Part shown: positions 10,495-18,994 of the stretch, piece after piece | How positions within the stretch are numbered: position 1 is the first letter of the stretch | How the letters are laid out: each line of letters opens with the position of its first letter | The notes under the pieces: model-generated | Told to the model about the DNA's origin: nothing | The model's input: the letters and a program-made list of their open reading frames with translations, nothing else | Database searches by the model: none | Translations under genes and position numbers: made by a program | Source: Microbulbifer sp. | Lineage (GTDB): Bacteria > Pseudomonadota > Gammaproteobacteria > Pseudomonadales > Cellvibrionaceae | Direction of reading: 5' to 3' | Length of the DNA stretch: 64,000 bases | NCBI RefSeq assembly: GCF_051659245.1 | Contig: NZ_JBOFOC010000025.1 | Coordinates: 841-64,840 of the forward strand

Positions 10495-11455
10495 GCTGCA
10501 ATTGAAATTCACCTATAGGCTTTGGCTGCTATTGTTGGGAATCCTCTCGGCGGGGCCCGCACTTTCCCAGTGCAATAACACCGGTTTCTTTCTTCAAATT
10601 TGCGATCTGGAAGGGAATCACGATATCAGTTACGACCCGGCGAGCACCGCGAAAAATATCGATTTCCAGCTATACAGCCGCACGTTTGTCTTTTTTGTAG
10701 GGTTGACACCCGCCGACTACCGAGTGACAGTCAACCCATTGACTGGAACGGGATTCGCCCTCTTCTCCACTGTAGACCAGGCGGATTTTTCACTCACCTT
10801 CCAGCCAAGCAACGGGGCGTCAGTTGCACTCTCTCCCGGAACCCCCAGCAGCGACTTCACCGGAAGCACAGATCTGGTCAACGCATCCCTCTTTCTTACT
10901 TTGACCAACCCGGATGCCTTGGTAAGCAACAACTACTCAGGCGAATTCGAGTTCCTTATAGAACAACAGGGCAATTGTGGATTTTTCGGTTGTCAAAACC
11001 TTAGCGTCGACTTCACAGTCAATCTCACGGTGCCTACCCGGATTATCGTCAAAAACTTTAACGATATGCCCTTGGATACAGTCACGGCAACACCGGGAAA
11101 TCCGATCGAAGGGTATGAGGATATCTGTGTGGGCGGGGTTGGCTTCGCCAATTATACAGTGAACCTGGCAAGTACAAATGGTTCCACCGGCGGTTCCGGC
11201 ACTTTTCCATTTCAACTGAATGGCGTCAGCCAGAACCTGCCTTATACTTCTGAGTTTATCGACAATACCTCCAGCACCAGCGGTTTTTCTCCAGACGCCA
11301 ACGGCGATATCAGTCAGCCATTTCCGCGCACCGGCAACGAAAACTGTACCGTGGACAACGCCCGGGTGATCATCTCCATCGCCGCAGCCGACTGGGGAAG
11401 TGCCAACGAGACCAGCTATACTGACACCGTCAGAGTTACCGTCATGGTCGAATGA
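10481..11455 (+). CDS. Two-domain pilus subunit (tip-adhesin-like 1)
   Basis: Signal peptide, N-terminal beta domain, C-terminal domain closely similar to the major pilin; start overlaps the usher stop. Confidence 0.7.
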   Translation: MRTPELQLKFTYRLWLLLLGILSAGPALSQCNNTGFFLQICDLEGNHDISYDPASTAKNIDFQLYSRTFVFFVGLTPADYRVTVNPLTGTGFALFSTVDQADFSLTFQPSNGASVALSPGTPSSDFTGSTDLVNASLFLTLTNPDALVSNNYSGEFEFLIEQQGNCGFFGCQNLSVDFTVNLTVPTRIIVKNFNDMPLDTVTATPGNPIEGYEDICVGGVGFANYTVNLASTNGSTGGSGTFPFQLNGVSQNLPYTSEFIDNTSSTSGFSPDANGDISQPFPRTGNENCTVDNARVIISIAAADWGSANETSYTDTVRVTVMVE

Positions 11456-11459
11456 TAGT

Positions 11460-12497
11460 ATGCAGTTTCTGAGATACTTCATTTCTCCGATCCTCTTGGG
11501 GGTTCTGGCTGGCAATACCCAGGCGCAATCCACCAATAGCGACCCCTGTCGCGATGGTTCGGATAGTATGCCACTGCCCGAAAAAGCCATAGGTGTATGC
11601 AACCTGGACACCAATAGCCACACCTTCCCCAATGAAGGCAATAAGACAATTCCTTTCAGTATTCGCAGCTGCTGGGCAGATTGGACGGGAAACGAATGGA
11701 GTGTCGCATATTGTGAACACCCAAGAGACTATACCATCGAAGTTGGCGGCCCCACACAGGGTGGACAATTTGTACTCTCTGGGCCGGGAGGAAATATTCC
11801 TTTTGCGCTAACTTTTTCACAGCCATCCAGCGGATCAGAAACCTTAACTCCACACACGGAAACCAACAATCGTTTCGCCGGCTCCATAAATGGCGCGCAA
11901 ATACCAGTAGAGTTTGAAATTTCTCTACTGGGATCAACCAGTTTTTCTCCCGGTATTTATAGCGGCAACTTCGAGTTTTATTTGTACCAATGCGACCCCT
12001 GGTGGTCAGGAGGTATCTGCAAAGGTACAACAGCGAGTCAAGCCGCCGAACTCTCCCCACCTATTTTCTTTACCATCGAAATCACTGTTTTGCCTCAAAT
12101 CCGTATCAGCAGTCTCCAGGATATGACCCTCACCGCTAATCCCGGCGGCAATACGGAAGACCAACAGAGCTTCTGTGTATACACCACCGGAGGCATAAGC
12201 TTCGATCTTCGCGCCGAAAGCCAGAATGGCAATGGCGCTTTTATACTGATCGGCAACGCCGGTATCGATTCAGTTGATTATCAACTGCGTGTAGAAAGCC
12301 AAACACCGCCTCGCAGGCCCACATGGCTGAACGAGGGGGTATCGACTACAAACGGGCGGTGGAACGGTCACCAGCAAGATGGCTGCAACTCCGGGGACAA
12401 TATGCTGTTGACCATCCGTATTCCACAGGGAGAGCTGGCAAACGCCCAGGATTCAACCTACACCGATACCCTGACGCTGACAGTGGAGTTGGAATAG
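11460..12497 (+). CDS. Two-domain pilus subunit (tip-adhesin-like 2)
   Basis: Signal peptide, Cys-containing N-terminal domain, C-terminal pilin-like domain ending YTDTLTLTVELE. Confidence 0.7.
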   Translation: MQFLRYFISPILLGVLAGNTQAQSTNSDPCRDGSDSMPLPEKAIGVCNLDTNSHTFPNEGNKTIPFSIRSCWADWTGNEWSVAYCEHPRDYTIEVGGPTQGGQFVLSGPGGNIPFALTFSQPSSGSETLTPHTETNNRFAGSINGAQIPVEFEISLLGSTSFSPGIYSGNFEFYLYQCDPWWSGGICKGTTASQAAELSPPIFFTIEITVLPQIRISSLQDMTLTANPGGNTEDQQSFCVYTTGGISFDLRAESQNGNGAFILIGNAGIDSVDYQLRVESQTPPRRPTWLNEGVSTTNGRWNGHQQDGCNSGDNMLLTIRIPQGELANAQDSTYTDTLTLTVELE

Positions 12498-12501
12498 CCT
12501 T

Positions 12502-12659
12502 GTAGGATGGGCAAAGGAGCGCATCGACGTGCCCATCACCGGTTTTTGATGGGCACGCTTCGCTTTGCCCATCCTACGGCACTGATGCCCCTGTAGGAGC
12601 CTGCTTGCAGGCGAACATTCCCCGACGGGCATCCCATTCGCCTGCAAACAGGCCCCTAC
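12502..12659. repeat. Two adjacent REP doublets
   Basis: GTAGGATGGGCAAAG...TTTGCCCATCCTAC (12502-12577) and GTAGGAGCCTGCTTGCAGGCGAA...TTCGCCTGCAAACAGGCCCCTAC (12593-12659). Confidence 0.85.
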
Positions 12660-13336
12660 GGCAGGGGCAGTTGCACCTTCTCGGTTTCCCGCCCGCGCGC
12701 CAGCAGTTCCAGATGGCCGCCCAGCAGTTTCTCCTCAATCGGCAGACTGGCACCCGCATAGAGCCGCCCGCTCAACGCCACGGGCCGGCAACCGGCTTCG
12801 CTCTGGCAGTGCTGCACATCGCTCACTTCAACATTGATATTGCCGGTGTTCTTCAGTACCCAGGTATCGTTCTCCATGGCCACTTCCAGGCGATAACTGC
12901 CACCCTCGGGTTGGACAAAGACCAGGGCCTGGTAGGCCACCAGTATCTTCAGCGCGGTCTTGTCAGTTTTGATCTCCCCCACCACCGGCTTGAAGGTCAC
13001 CCGGTAGACCTTTTCCCGATCCAGGTCCCGCTCCAGCGACATCAGCCGAAAGCGCTTCTGCTCGCCGCTGGTGAGCACTGCCCTGGCGGGACTCACCAGC
13101 AGCTTGAATTCCTTCGGGTTCACCACCCGCACGCGCTTTTCATCCGGCATTCCCGGATTGTCCACCCGGTAGATTTCCGTCTGCAGATACAGGTTTTCCT
13201 TGTCGGGATTGGAGACCACGATATCGTCCCGGGCGTTGGGGGAGTCATCCAGGTAAATGATGATTTTGTCCAGCGACATGCCGGCCAACACCGGTTGTGC
13301 CAGCAGTAGCAGAAAGGCGGCGATGATTCTGTTCAT
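12656..13336 (-). CDS. Periplasmic pilus chaperone
   Basis: Signal peptide; LLVSPARAVL..GEQKRFRL and EKVYRVTFKPV motifs; NTGNINV in the second domain. Confidence 0.8.
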   Translation of the reverse strand: MNRIIAAFLLLLAQPVLAGMSLDKIIIYLDDSPNARDDIVVSNPDKENLYLQTEIYRVDNPGMPDEKRVRVVNPKEFKLLVSPARAVLTSGEQKRFRLMSLERDLDREKVYRVTFKPVVGEIKTDKTALKILVAYQALVFVQPEGGSYRLEVAMENDTWVLKNTGNINVEVSDVQHCQSEAGCRPVALSGRLYAGASLPIEEKLLGGHLELLARGRETEKVQLPLP

Positions 13337-13401
13337 AGCTTGTTCGCACGGATTTATGATAAAAATCACATTTTATCCGGGCCGTTAACCACAGGAAACC
13401 G

Positions 13402-13734
13402 CTATTCCGCAACAATGAGCACCATCTTGCCCTGCTGGGAGGTGGACAGCGAAATACAGTAGCTGCCAGCTTGGCCGGGAAAGCGCTCTTCGGCCGCAGT
13501 CCCTTCCCCGATATTCCGGACTGACAGGTAATAACTATGCGCAGGGATATGACTGAGACATAACTGGTCAGTATCGGGATTGTCGGTTTGACGCCATTCG
13601 GCCCGGGGGGGTACATACAGGGTGATGCGCGCGGAGGCAGAGGCGCTGGTGGTGCTTTCAGCTGCACCAGCGGGGGCCGACAGGACAACACCCACCCACA
13701 ACAGCGTACCGAGCGTGGACTTTCCATATTCCAT
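13402..13734 (-). CDS. Small secreted pilin-like protein, copy 1
   Basis: 110 aa, hydrophobic N-terminus, SASASARITLYVPP strand, Cys pair; directly upstream of the chaperone; paralogue at 15365. Confidence 0.65.
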   Translation of the reverse strand: MEYGKSTLGTLLWVGVVLSAPAGAAESTTSASASARITLYVPPRAEWRQTDNPDTDQLCLSHIPAHSYYLSVRNIGEGTAAEERFPGQAGSYCISLSTSQQGKMVLIVAE

Positions 13735-14004
13735 GACATCGAGTTCCCGACTTCCGCTTCCGGCGGTCTGTCAGACTTCACCGTCCGCTTTTATCAGTTT
13801 ATCAGCCCACCGGGCTTTGCAGGGGTGACCTCCCGGGGCGTGGGATTATTGGCGTCTAAAGCTCTGACACCGCCGGTTCCCGCCCTGGCACCTTGCAACC
13901 ACCCCGGGTAGGCTTCGCACTCCCCGGGACAAGGGGTGGGGACGCGATGGTCACGCTTTTGCTCTGCCGTTTCCGGGCCTGTGGGAGCGGACCTGGGCTA
14001 CGCT

Positions 14005-14453
14005 TTTCCCAATAGCAGGGCTATAGACTGCGGGATATATGCCGATTACATCCTTGATGATTCGCTTCCTTTAGAGCCTGTTTAGGATCTCGCGAAGAAC
14101 TCTCCAGGCCGGGAGGGGGGCCTCTTTTCGGGACCGTATGAGGCAGGGATGCCGATTACGAGCGTACAGGGACGTATTTAAGGGGGGCGCCCAGCCCGTG
14201 TCCCGGAAAGAGGCACCCCTCCCGGCCCCGCGCTGGGCGTGCAGCACCATAGAACGTAAACAGGTTCATAGGGCCAGGGGGCCGCCCAGCGCCTTGGTCA
14301 AAGTGTCGGGGGAATTTGCAATCGCGGTGGCGGTAAAAGCCGGCACAATGTCCAGCCGGCTTTATCAACAGCGGCTGCCTTCATGTCCGCGCGATGCCAG
14401 TCGCTACCGACTGGCTTTTTCGTTGGCTTTTTTTTTCGTTCATATATGAACAT
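14005..14453 (-). pseudogene. Ner/SfsB(Nlp)-like regulator pseudogene split by a MITE
   Basis: Fragments across frames: DWHRADMKAAAVDKAGWTL, SPDTLTKAL, PWP, then after the insertion KRIIKDVIGIYPAV. These are collinear with the Ner-family pattern DWHxADI..L..PWPKGERIIA..IG..P..IWPSRY. Confidence 0.75.
14074..14267. mobile_element. 194-bp MITE-like element
   Basis: Terminal IRs GAGCCTGTTTA / TAAACAGGTTC, internal 27-bp imperfect IR, TTA/ATA flanks, no ORF; interrupts the ner-like frame. Confidence 0.65.
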
Positions 14454-14598
14454 ATACCCTGGGGGTAACCAATGCCTAGATCGCCCAACCATCAATAAAT
14501 TACGCATTCTGCACGATGAAATCAACAGCATATTGCTTAAATAGTCGTCTTTTAGAACAAAAAGATGAAGAAATTTAGTGGATTACGCGGAACGGGAC

Positions 14599-15294
14599 AT
14601 GACTGACGAACGGAGGACAGGGAGTACCGCTCTCGATCCGAGAATCGAACAGCTGCGGGATCGGTTGAAGCTTGCGATGAACGGAGCATCCGTTCGCGCC
14701 TTCGCGGAAAGGGCGGGGGTAGCAGAAGGCACTTTGCGTAATTTGCTATCGGGAGGAATCCCCAGACTGGACAATGTATTGCGCATTGCTGACGCCGCGG
14801 AGGTATCCGCCGCGTGGCTCGCCACCGGTGAAGGACAAATGCGCACCCCGGATGAATTCTCCGATGGCGGTCCGCTATACGGGATTTCGGCTTTCCAGGA
14901 GGTTATCGACCGCGTGGAAGAACAACTCAAACAGGAAGAGACCATTCCTGTGCCACCGGCCCGGCTACTCCGGAAACCGGAGCTTATGCAGGCGAAACAG
15001 CAGCTTGAGTCAGTTCCACAGAAGGACCGCGTGCGGGCTCATGCGGACTGGCTTCTTATACACATCTTCGGGGAGATGCCCGCCACGCAGGACAAACTCC
15101 CCAAGCTGTCGATACCGGCCCGCCTTCGCCGTGCCGACGACGCCTTGGCGGAAATGGAGGATGAGATGGATTACAAGCCTCCGGCAATATGGCGGGAGGT
15201 ACTCAAGAGCCTCATCTTCTCCCACGGCCTGGATGAAGCCGGTGCGGCACTGCTGCTGGATCGCCTCCGGCTTGAATTTGAACTGCGGGAATGA
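14599..15294 (+). CDS. Cro/CI-type HTH regulator (phage repressor-like, no S24 peptidase motif seen)
   Basis: SVRAFAERAGVAEGTLRNLLSGGIPRLDNVLRIADAAEVSAAWLATGEG HTH; divergent from the ner-like gene. Alternative GTG start at 14578. Confidence 0.8.
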   Translation: MTDERRTGSTALDPRIEQLRDRLKLAMNGASVRAFAERAGVAEGTLRNLLSGGIPRLDNVLRIADAAEVSAAWLATGEGQMRTPDEFSDGGPLYGISAFQEVIDRVEEQLKQEETIPVPPARLLRKPELMQAKQQLESVPQKDRVRAHADWLLIHIFGEMPATQDKLPKLSIPARLRRADDALAEMEDEMDYKPPAIWREVLKSLIFSHGLDEAGAALLLDRLRLEFELRE

Positions 15295-15364
15295 AGGTTT
15301 GACTAGTGACCACAGGTCCGAAAGGCTTTCGGACGGGCCTGCTACCGGGAGCTGCGGGAAATCA

Positions 15365-15697
15365 CTATTGCGCCACTATCACTACAGTCTTGCCCTGTTG
15401 AGAGGTGGATACCGGAACACAGTAGTTGCCGGGCTGGCCGAACAGACGTTTCTCGACCACAGCCTCTTCCCCGGTATCCCGGATCGACAGGTAGTAACTA
15501 CGCGCGGGGATATGGCTGAGACACAGTTGACCGATGCCGGGATCGTTGGTTGGGCGTACCTCCGCCCGGGGCGGAATATAGAGAGTAATTCTTGCAGAGG
15601 CAGAGGCGCTGGTGATTTCGACCCCGCCGGTGGAAACCGGCAAGACAATAATACCCACCCCCAACAACGTACCGAGTGCTGACTTCCGATACTCCAT
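15365..15697 (-). CDS. Small secreted pilin-like protein, copy 2
   Basis: 110 aa, ungapped paralogue of 13402-13734 (67/110 identical by manual count). Confidence 0.65.
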   Translation of the reverse strand: MEYRKSALGTLLGVGIIVLPVSTGGVEITSASASARITLYIPPRAEVRPTNDPGIGQLCLSHIPARSYYLSIRDTGEEAVVEKRLFGQPGNYCVPVSTSQQGKTVVIVAQ

Positions 15698-15920
15698 TGT
15701 GCAAGCCCCCTACTCCCACTTCGGCTTCCAGCCCCGGTTGATTCGCCCGATGGGTTTCGCAACGCGGCTACCCCGCACCCCCGGGGAATATTTGATACCA
15801 GGAGACTCCTGCCGCTTTCGGCTGCTGTTCCGGCCAAACGTCACCTTGCAGTAGACGGCGATGATGAATCCGGAATACCCGATACGGCCGATATCCCATC
15901 ATGGCATCTACATAACATCT

Positions 15921-15947
15921 CTATCGGCAGGCCGGTTGCAGACTTGA
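15921..15947 (-). promoter_or_regulatory. sigma28-type promoter pointing to mini-pilin copy 2
   Basis: TCAA-15 nt-GCCGATAG, same boxes and spacing as the fliD promoter. Confidence 0.6.
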
Positions 15948-16019
15948 GGGTGTCACAGAGGGGAAGACCGAGCATCACGGTCTTGAGCGGGAGTGGACTT
16001 GAGAAATGCACTCAGAGAC

Positions 16020-16395
16020 GAATGGTACTAAGTTAAGCGGAAGCCCCCTGTGGGAGCCTGCTTGCAGGCGAATTGAGGTCGCGGCAAGGCACCGGGAATG
16101 TTCGCCTGCAAGCAGGCTCCTACAGCGCAATCCCCAGGGGCAGGAGTAGCTCGTGCTCACTTAAGCGGTTTCCGGCTCCCGCAGGTCGGATAAGCAAACG
16201 CAGAAAAATGCTTCATGCGTTTGCGCCGGACACATCCATGTGCCCGCCCCTTTGGTCAGCTTTGCCGCGTCAAATTGCTCTCTGTAATTTGCTCTGCATG
16301 ACCGCCATCCCTGGCGGCCTCCTGTAACGGTGGATGCACTTCGCTTATCCACCTTACAAATAATAAAGCCATTTCCGCTTAAGTTAGTGCCATTC
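16020..16395. repeat. Composite REP region with GAATGG(C/T)ACT..TTAAGCG outer ends
   Basis: REP doublet at 16050-16123, plus an inverted, internally longer relative (16150-16395) of the element at 57453-57596. Confidence 0.7.
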
Positions 16396-16398
16396 CTC

Positions 16399-16977
16399 TC
16401 AGGCGTCGGCAGTCCGTCGTTTCCGGTCATTTTCGCCGACGCTGCCGCTGGTGGCGGCCCGGCGTTTGCGGGTCTTGCCGGCCCGGGAAGGCGGCTGGCA
16501 GATACCGCAGACGAAATCATGGCTGGGCGTGTGCGCGTGATTTACGAAACGCCCATGACAGCTGGTGCAGACGGACAATTCGAACATACCGCTCTCGAAG
16601 AAGCGCACCAGGGTCCAGGCGCGAGTGAGCCCGAGTACCGGTTCCGCGCCATCCAGGGCAATTTGTTCCAGATACAGCCGATAAGCCTTTACGAATCCCT
16701 CCATGCGTTCGCAGCCCTGCTCCTCGATAAGCCGACGGTAGATTCCGTAGAACAACGAGGAGTGAATATTCGGCAACCAGGTAATAAACCAGTCCGTGGA
16801 AAAAGGCAGCATACCCTTGGGCGGCGACATGCCGCGCACCTCCTTGTAGAGCCGAATCAAACGGCCCCGGCTCAGGTCAGTTTCCGACTCCAGCACCTGC
16901 AGTCGCGCATTCAACTCGATCAGCTCGATAGCGAGCTGCACCTGCTGCATTTCACCAAGCAGACTTTTCCCTGACAT
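16399..16977 (-). CDS. flhC: Flagellar master regulator FlhC
   Basis: [38 protein letters not shown], and a C-terminal Cys4 zinc site. Confidence 0.95.
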   Translation of the reverse strand: MSGKSLLGEMQQVQLAIELIELNARLQVLESETDLSRGRLIRLYKEVRGMSPPKGMLPFSTDWFITWLPNIHSSLFYGIYRRLIEEQGCERMEGFVKAYRLYLEQIALDGAEPVLGLTRAWTLVRFFESGMFELSVCTSCHGRFVNHAHTPSHDFVCGICQPPSRAGKTRKRRAATSGSVGENDRKRRTADA

Positions 16978-16990
16978 GGGATGGAACCTC

Positions 16991-17296
16991 TCAAACTGCA
17001 CATGAGGATATCAACAGAGCCGTGTGCATCTGGCCCAGGCCCAGCACACGTTTGTCATTGGTAAGCTTGACCAACTGGTCGGCATCGTCGAAATTCAGAC
17101 GGAACAGAAGCTGATTGGTGCGCGCCAGCTGAGCCAACTGTTTCGCAGTCAGCGACACCAGTACTTCGGCGATAGACTCCTCGATTTTCAGGCGAAACAT
17201 GGCCGTGGTGTAATCCTCCTTGAGAAGACGCTGGGCCAGCAGCAGATAGGTGAGGTTGATGTCTTGAATTTCATCAATAATGCCGTCCGACTTCAT
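16991..17296 (-). CDS. flhD: Flagellar master regulator FlhD
   Basis: [16 protein letters not shown]...AMFRL...[12 protein letters not shown]; directly upstream of flhC. Confidence 0.93.
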   Translation of the reverse strand: MKSDGIIDEIQDINLTYLLLAQRLLKEDYTTAMFRLKIEESIAEVLVSLTAKQLAQLARTNQLLFRLNFDDADQLVKLTNDKRVLGLGQMHTALLISSCAV

Positions 17297-17382
17297 AGCT
17301 GTGCATCCTCCTTCACTGATTTTCCTACCCTCCCTTTACCGGAACGAAATTCCAATTACTGCGACATTAACCACAACATTTT

Positions 17383-17491
17383 AGTGATATGATTCAAACT
17401 CTTGGTACAAGTTACCACACTACACTCATATTTGGCTCTGCCATTTCTTAATATCATACTATATATAATTATTTTTGTGATTGAGTTCGCG
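17383..17491. promoter_or_regulatory. Two CRP-like sites in the AT-rich flhD upstream region
   Basis: AGTGA-N6-TCAAA (17383-17398) and TGTGA-N6-TCGCG (17476-17491); two mismatches each. Confidence 0.35.
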
Positions 17492-17675
17492 CAACCAAAA
17501 TTGACTAGACACAAGAGATCCCCCCGCACTCGCCGGCGCGCGAAAAATATCTTGCAGTGCACTACCCGAAAAAAGACCGGGTCAAAAAATCAAAAAAACG
17601 ATGCGGCAAATTGCCCGGTCTCGCAAAAAAAACACACCGGCCGGCCTGCCTCATCGAAAAATTATCGACAGCCTT

Positions 17676-17966
17676 TCAGGGCTTCTCTCCCCGCGCACTC
17701 GCCTCCAGCTCGCGAACCCAAACCAAAAGCTCCGCGACCACCTGGTAGAGGTTCGGCGGAATTCGCTCGTCGATATCCAGCTGTATCAACAGTGCCACCA
17801 CTTCCGGGGCGTCGTGGACAAAAATACCCTGGCGGCGGGCCTCGCCGATGATGCGTTCAGCCAGCCCGCCATACCCTCGCGCCAGCACCCGGGGCACCGC
17901 CTCGCCGTGCCGATAGGCCAGCGCTACCGCTTGGCGGCGCTCTTCGCGGTTTCCGTCTCCCGTCAT
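17676..17966 (-). CDS. Stand-alone FlhB C-terminal-like protein (YlqH/FlhX type)
   Basis: QAVALAY..VPRVLARGYG.LAERII...IPPNLYQVVAELLVWV; ATGA overlap with the upstream gene. Confidence 0.85.
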   Translation of the reverse strand: MTGDGNREERRQAVALAYRHGEAVPRVLARGYGGLAERIIGEARRQGIFVHDAPEVVALLIQLDIDERIPPNLYQVVAELLVWVRELEASARGEKP

Positions 17967-18994
17967 TGCGTCGTTTCCACGTTCAGCAGAACCTCGCGGA
18001 AGCCATGGGCACGGAGCCGCTCGCGCAACCTGTCTCTGGAACCGTCGAGGCACTCCGCCACATCCCCGGACGGAGTGCCCAGGGACAGGGCCAGGTGTTC
18101 ACCACGCATTTGCAGCCGTACGAGGATCTCGCCGAGCCCGTCCAAGCGCAGGGTCAGCCGGGAGTGCCAGGAGCTCTCCTCGCGCTCCTGTTCCCGTTCA
18201 CTCTCCTCTCCTTTTTCGCCCGGGTCTTCCCGCCGCTGGGCTTGCGGGGGCGCCTGCACCACTAGCGCCATGGCGACGCCGGGCCACACTTCCCCGTCCC
18301 AGCGCAAAACCGGATTGGCGAGCATTTCCAACTGGTGGCGCAACAAACCCTGCAGCGTCTCGCTGGCGGCGTCGTCGACCGGCACCCTCACCGCCGGACC
18401 GGGCTGGCCGGCATTTCCCCCGGCACCTTCCGGGCCCGCAGCCGGCGGAGGGGCGTCCTGCGCGCCACCCACAATCCCGGTTGTCGGCGACTGCACCCGG
18501 GTCAACGTCATCTGCGGTTCACGAGCCAGTTGTTCGACGCTGAGTTTTCCGCGGAACCAGTCCCCGAGGTGGGCTTCGTAAAACAATCCGCTCCGGTCCA
18601 CGCTGGCCCGCAGCTGTCGGGCCAGCCGCTCGACCCCGTCGCCGGGAGCCAGCAGCGGCGCCGGAGGCCGTATCGCCGAGGGCGGCGCCGGATAGCGCAC
18701 CAGTAGATCGGCAATAGTGCGCGCGGCGGCGCTAAAATGGGTGCGGACGGAACCGGACTCCGCCGGGCCGGCCCGCGCCGGGGCCGCGCCGGGCCGCACC
18801 CGGCCGTCAGCACCCGGGAGTTCCCGCAGGGGTGCACGCGGGTCCAGGCGGGAATCGCTGCGCACCGCCTGAACCAGCCCGCCGGCGTCCGGCGGCCGCA
18901 CCGGCTCGTGCGTATTCCGCACGAGAGGAATGTCCACTCTTTTGCCCAACACCTGGTGCAGCAGGGTGTCCAGTATCGGGGTGACCCCGCTCAC
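17963..18994 (-). CDS. FliK-like protein (second hook-length-control-type protein)
   Basis: SGLFYEAHL motif, WDGEVWPG, and C-terminal W.SRLTLRLDGLGEI FliK-type domain; paired with the FlhB-C gene. Confidence 0.75.
   Translation of the reverse strand: MSGVTPILDTLLHQVLGKRVDIPLVRNTHEPVRPPDAGGLVQAVRSDSRLDPRAPLRELPGADGRVRPGAAPARAGPAESGSVRTHFSAAARTIADLLVRYPAPPSAIRPPAPLLAPGDGVERLARQLRASVDRSGLFYEAHLGDWFRGKLSVEQLAREPQMTLTRVQSPTTGIVGGAQDAPPPAAGPEGAGGNAGQPGPAVRVPVDDAASETLQGLLRHQLEMLANPVLRWDGEVWPGVAMALVVQAPPQAQRREDPGEKGEESEREQEREESSWHSRLTLRLDGLGEILVRLQMRGEHLALSLGTPSGDVAECLDGSRDRLRERLRAHGFREVLLNVETTQ

Noticed and set aside
14022-14048. sigma28-like TATA-N15-GCCGATTA on the plus strand
   Set aside because: The -35 box is mismatched, it lies inside the ner relic, and it points into the MITE; probably chance.
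14428-14436. A9 tract as a phase-variation switch for the ner-like gene
   Set aside because: Further frameshifts and the MITE downstream mean that slippage could not restore a protein.
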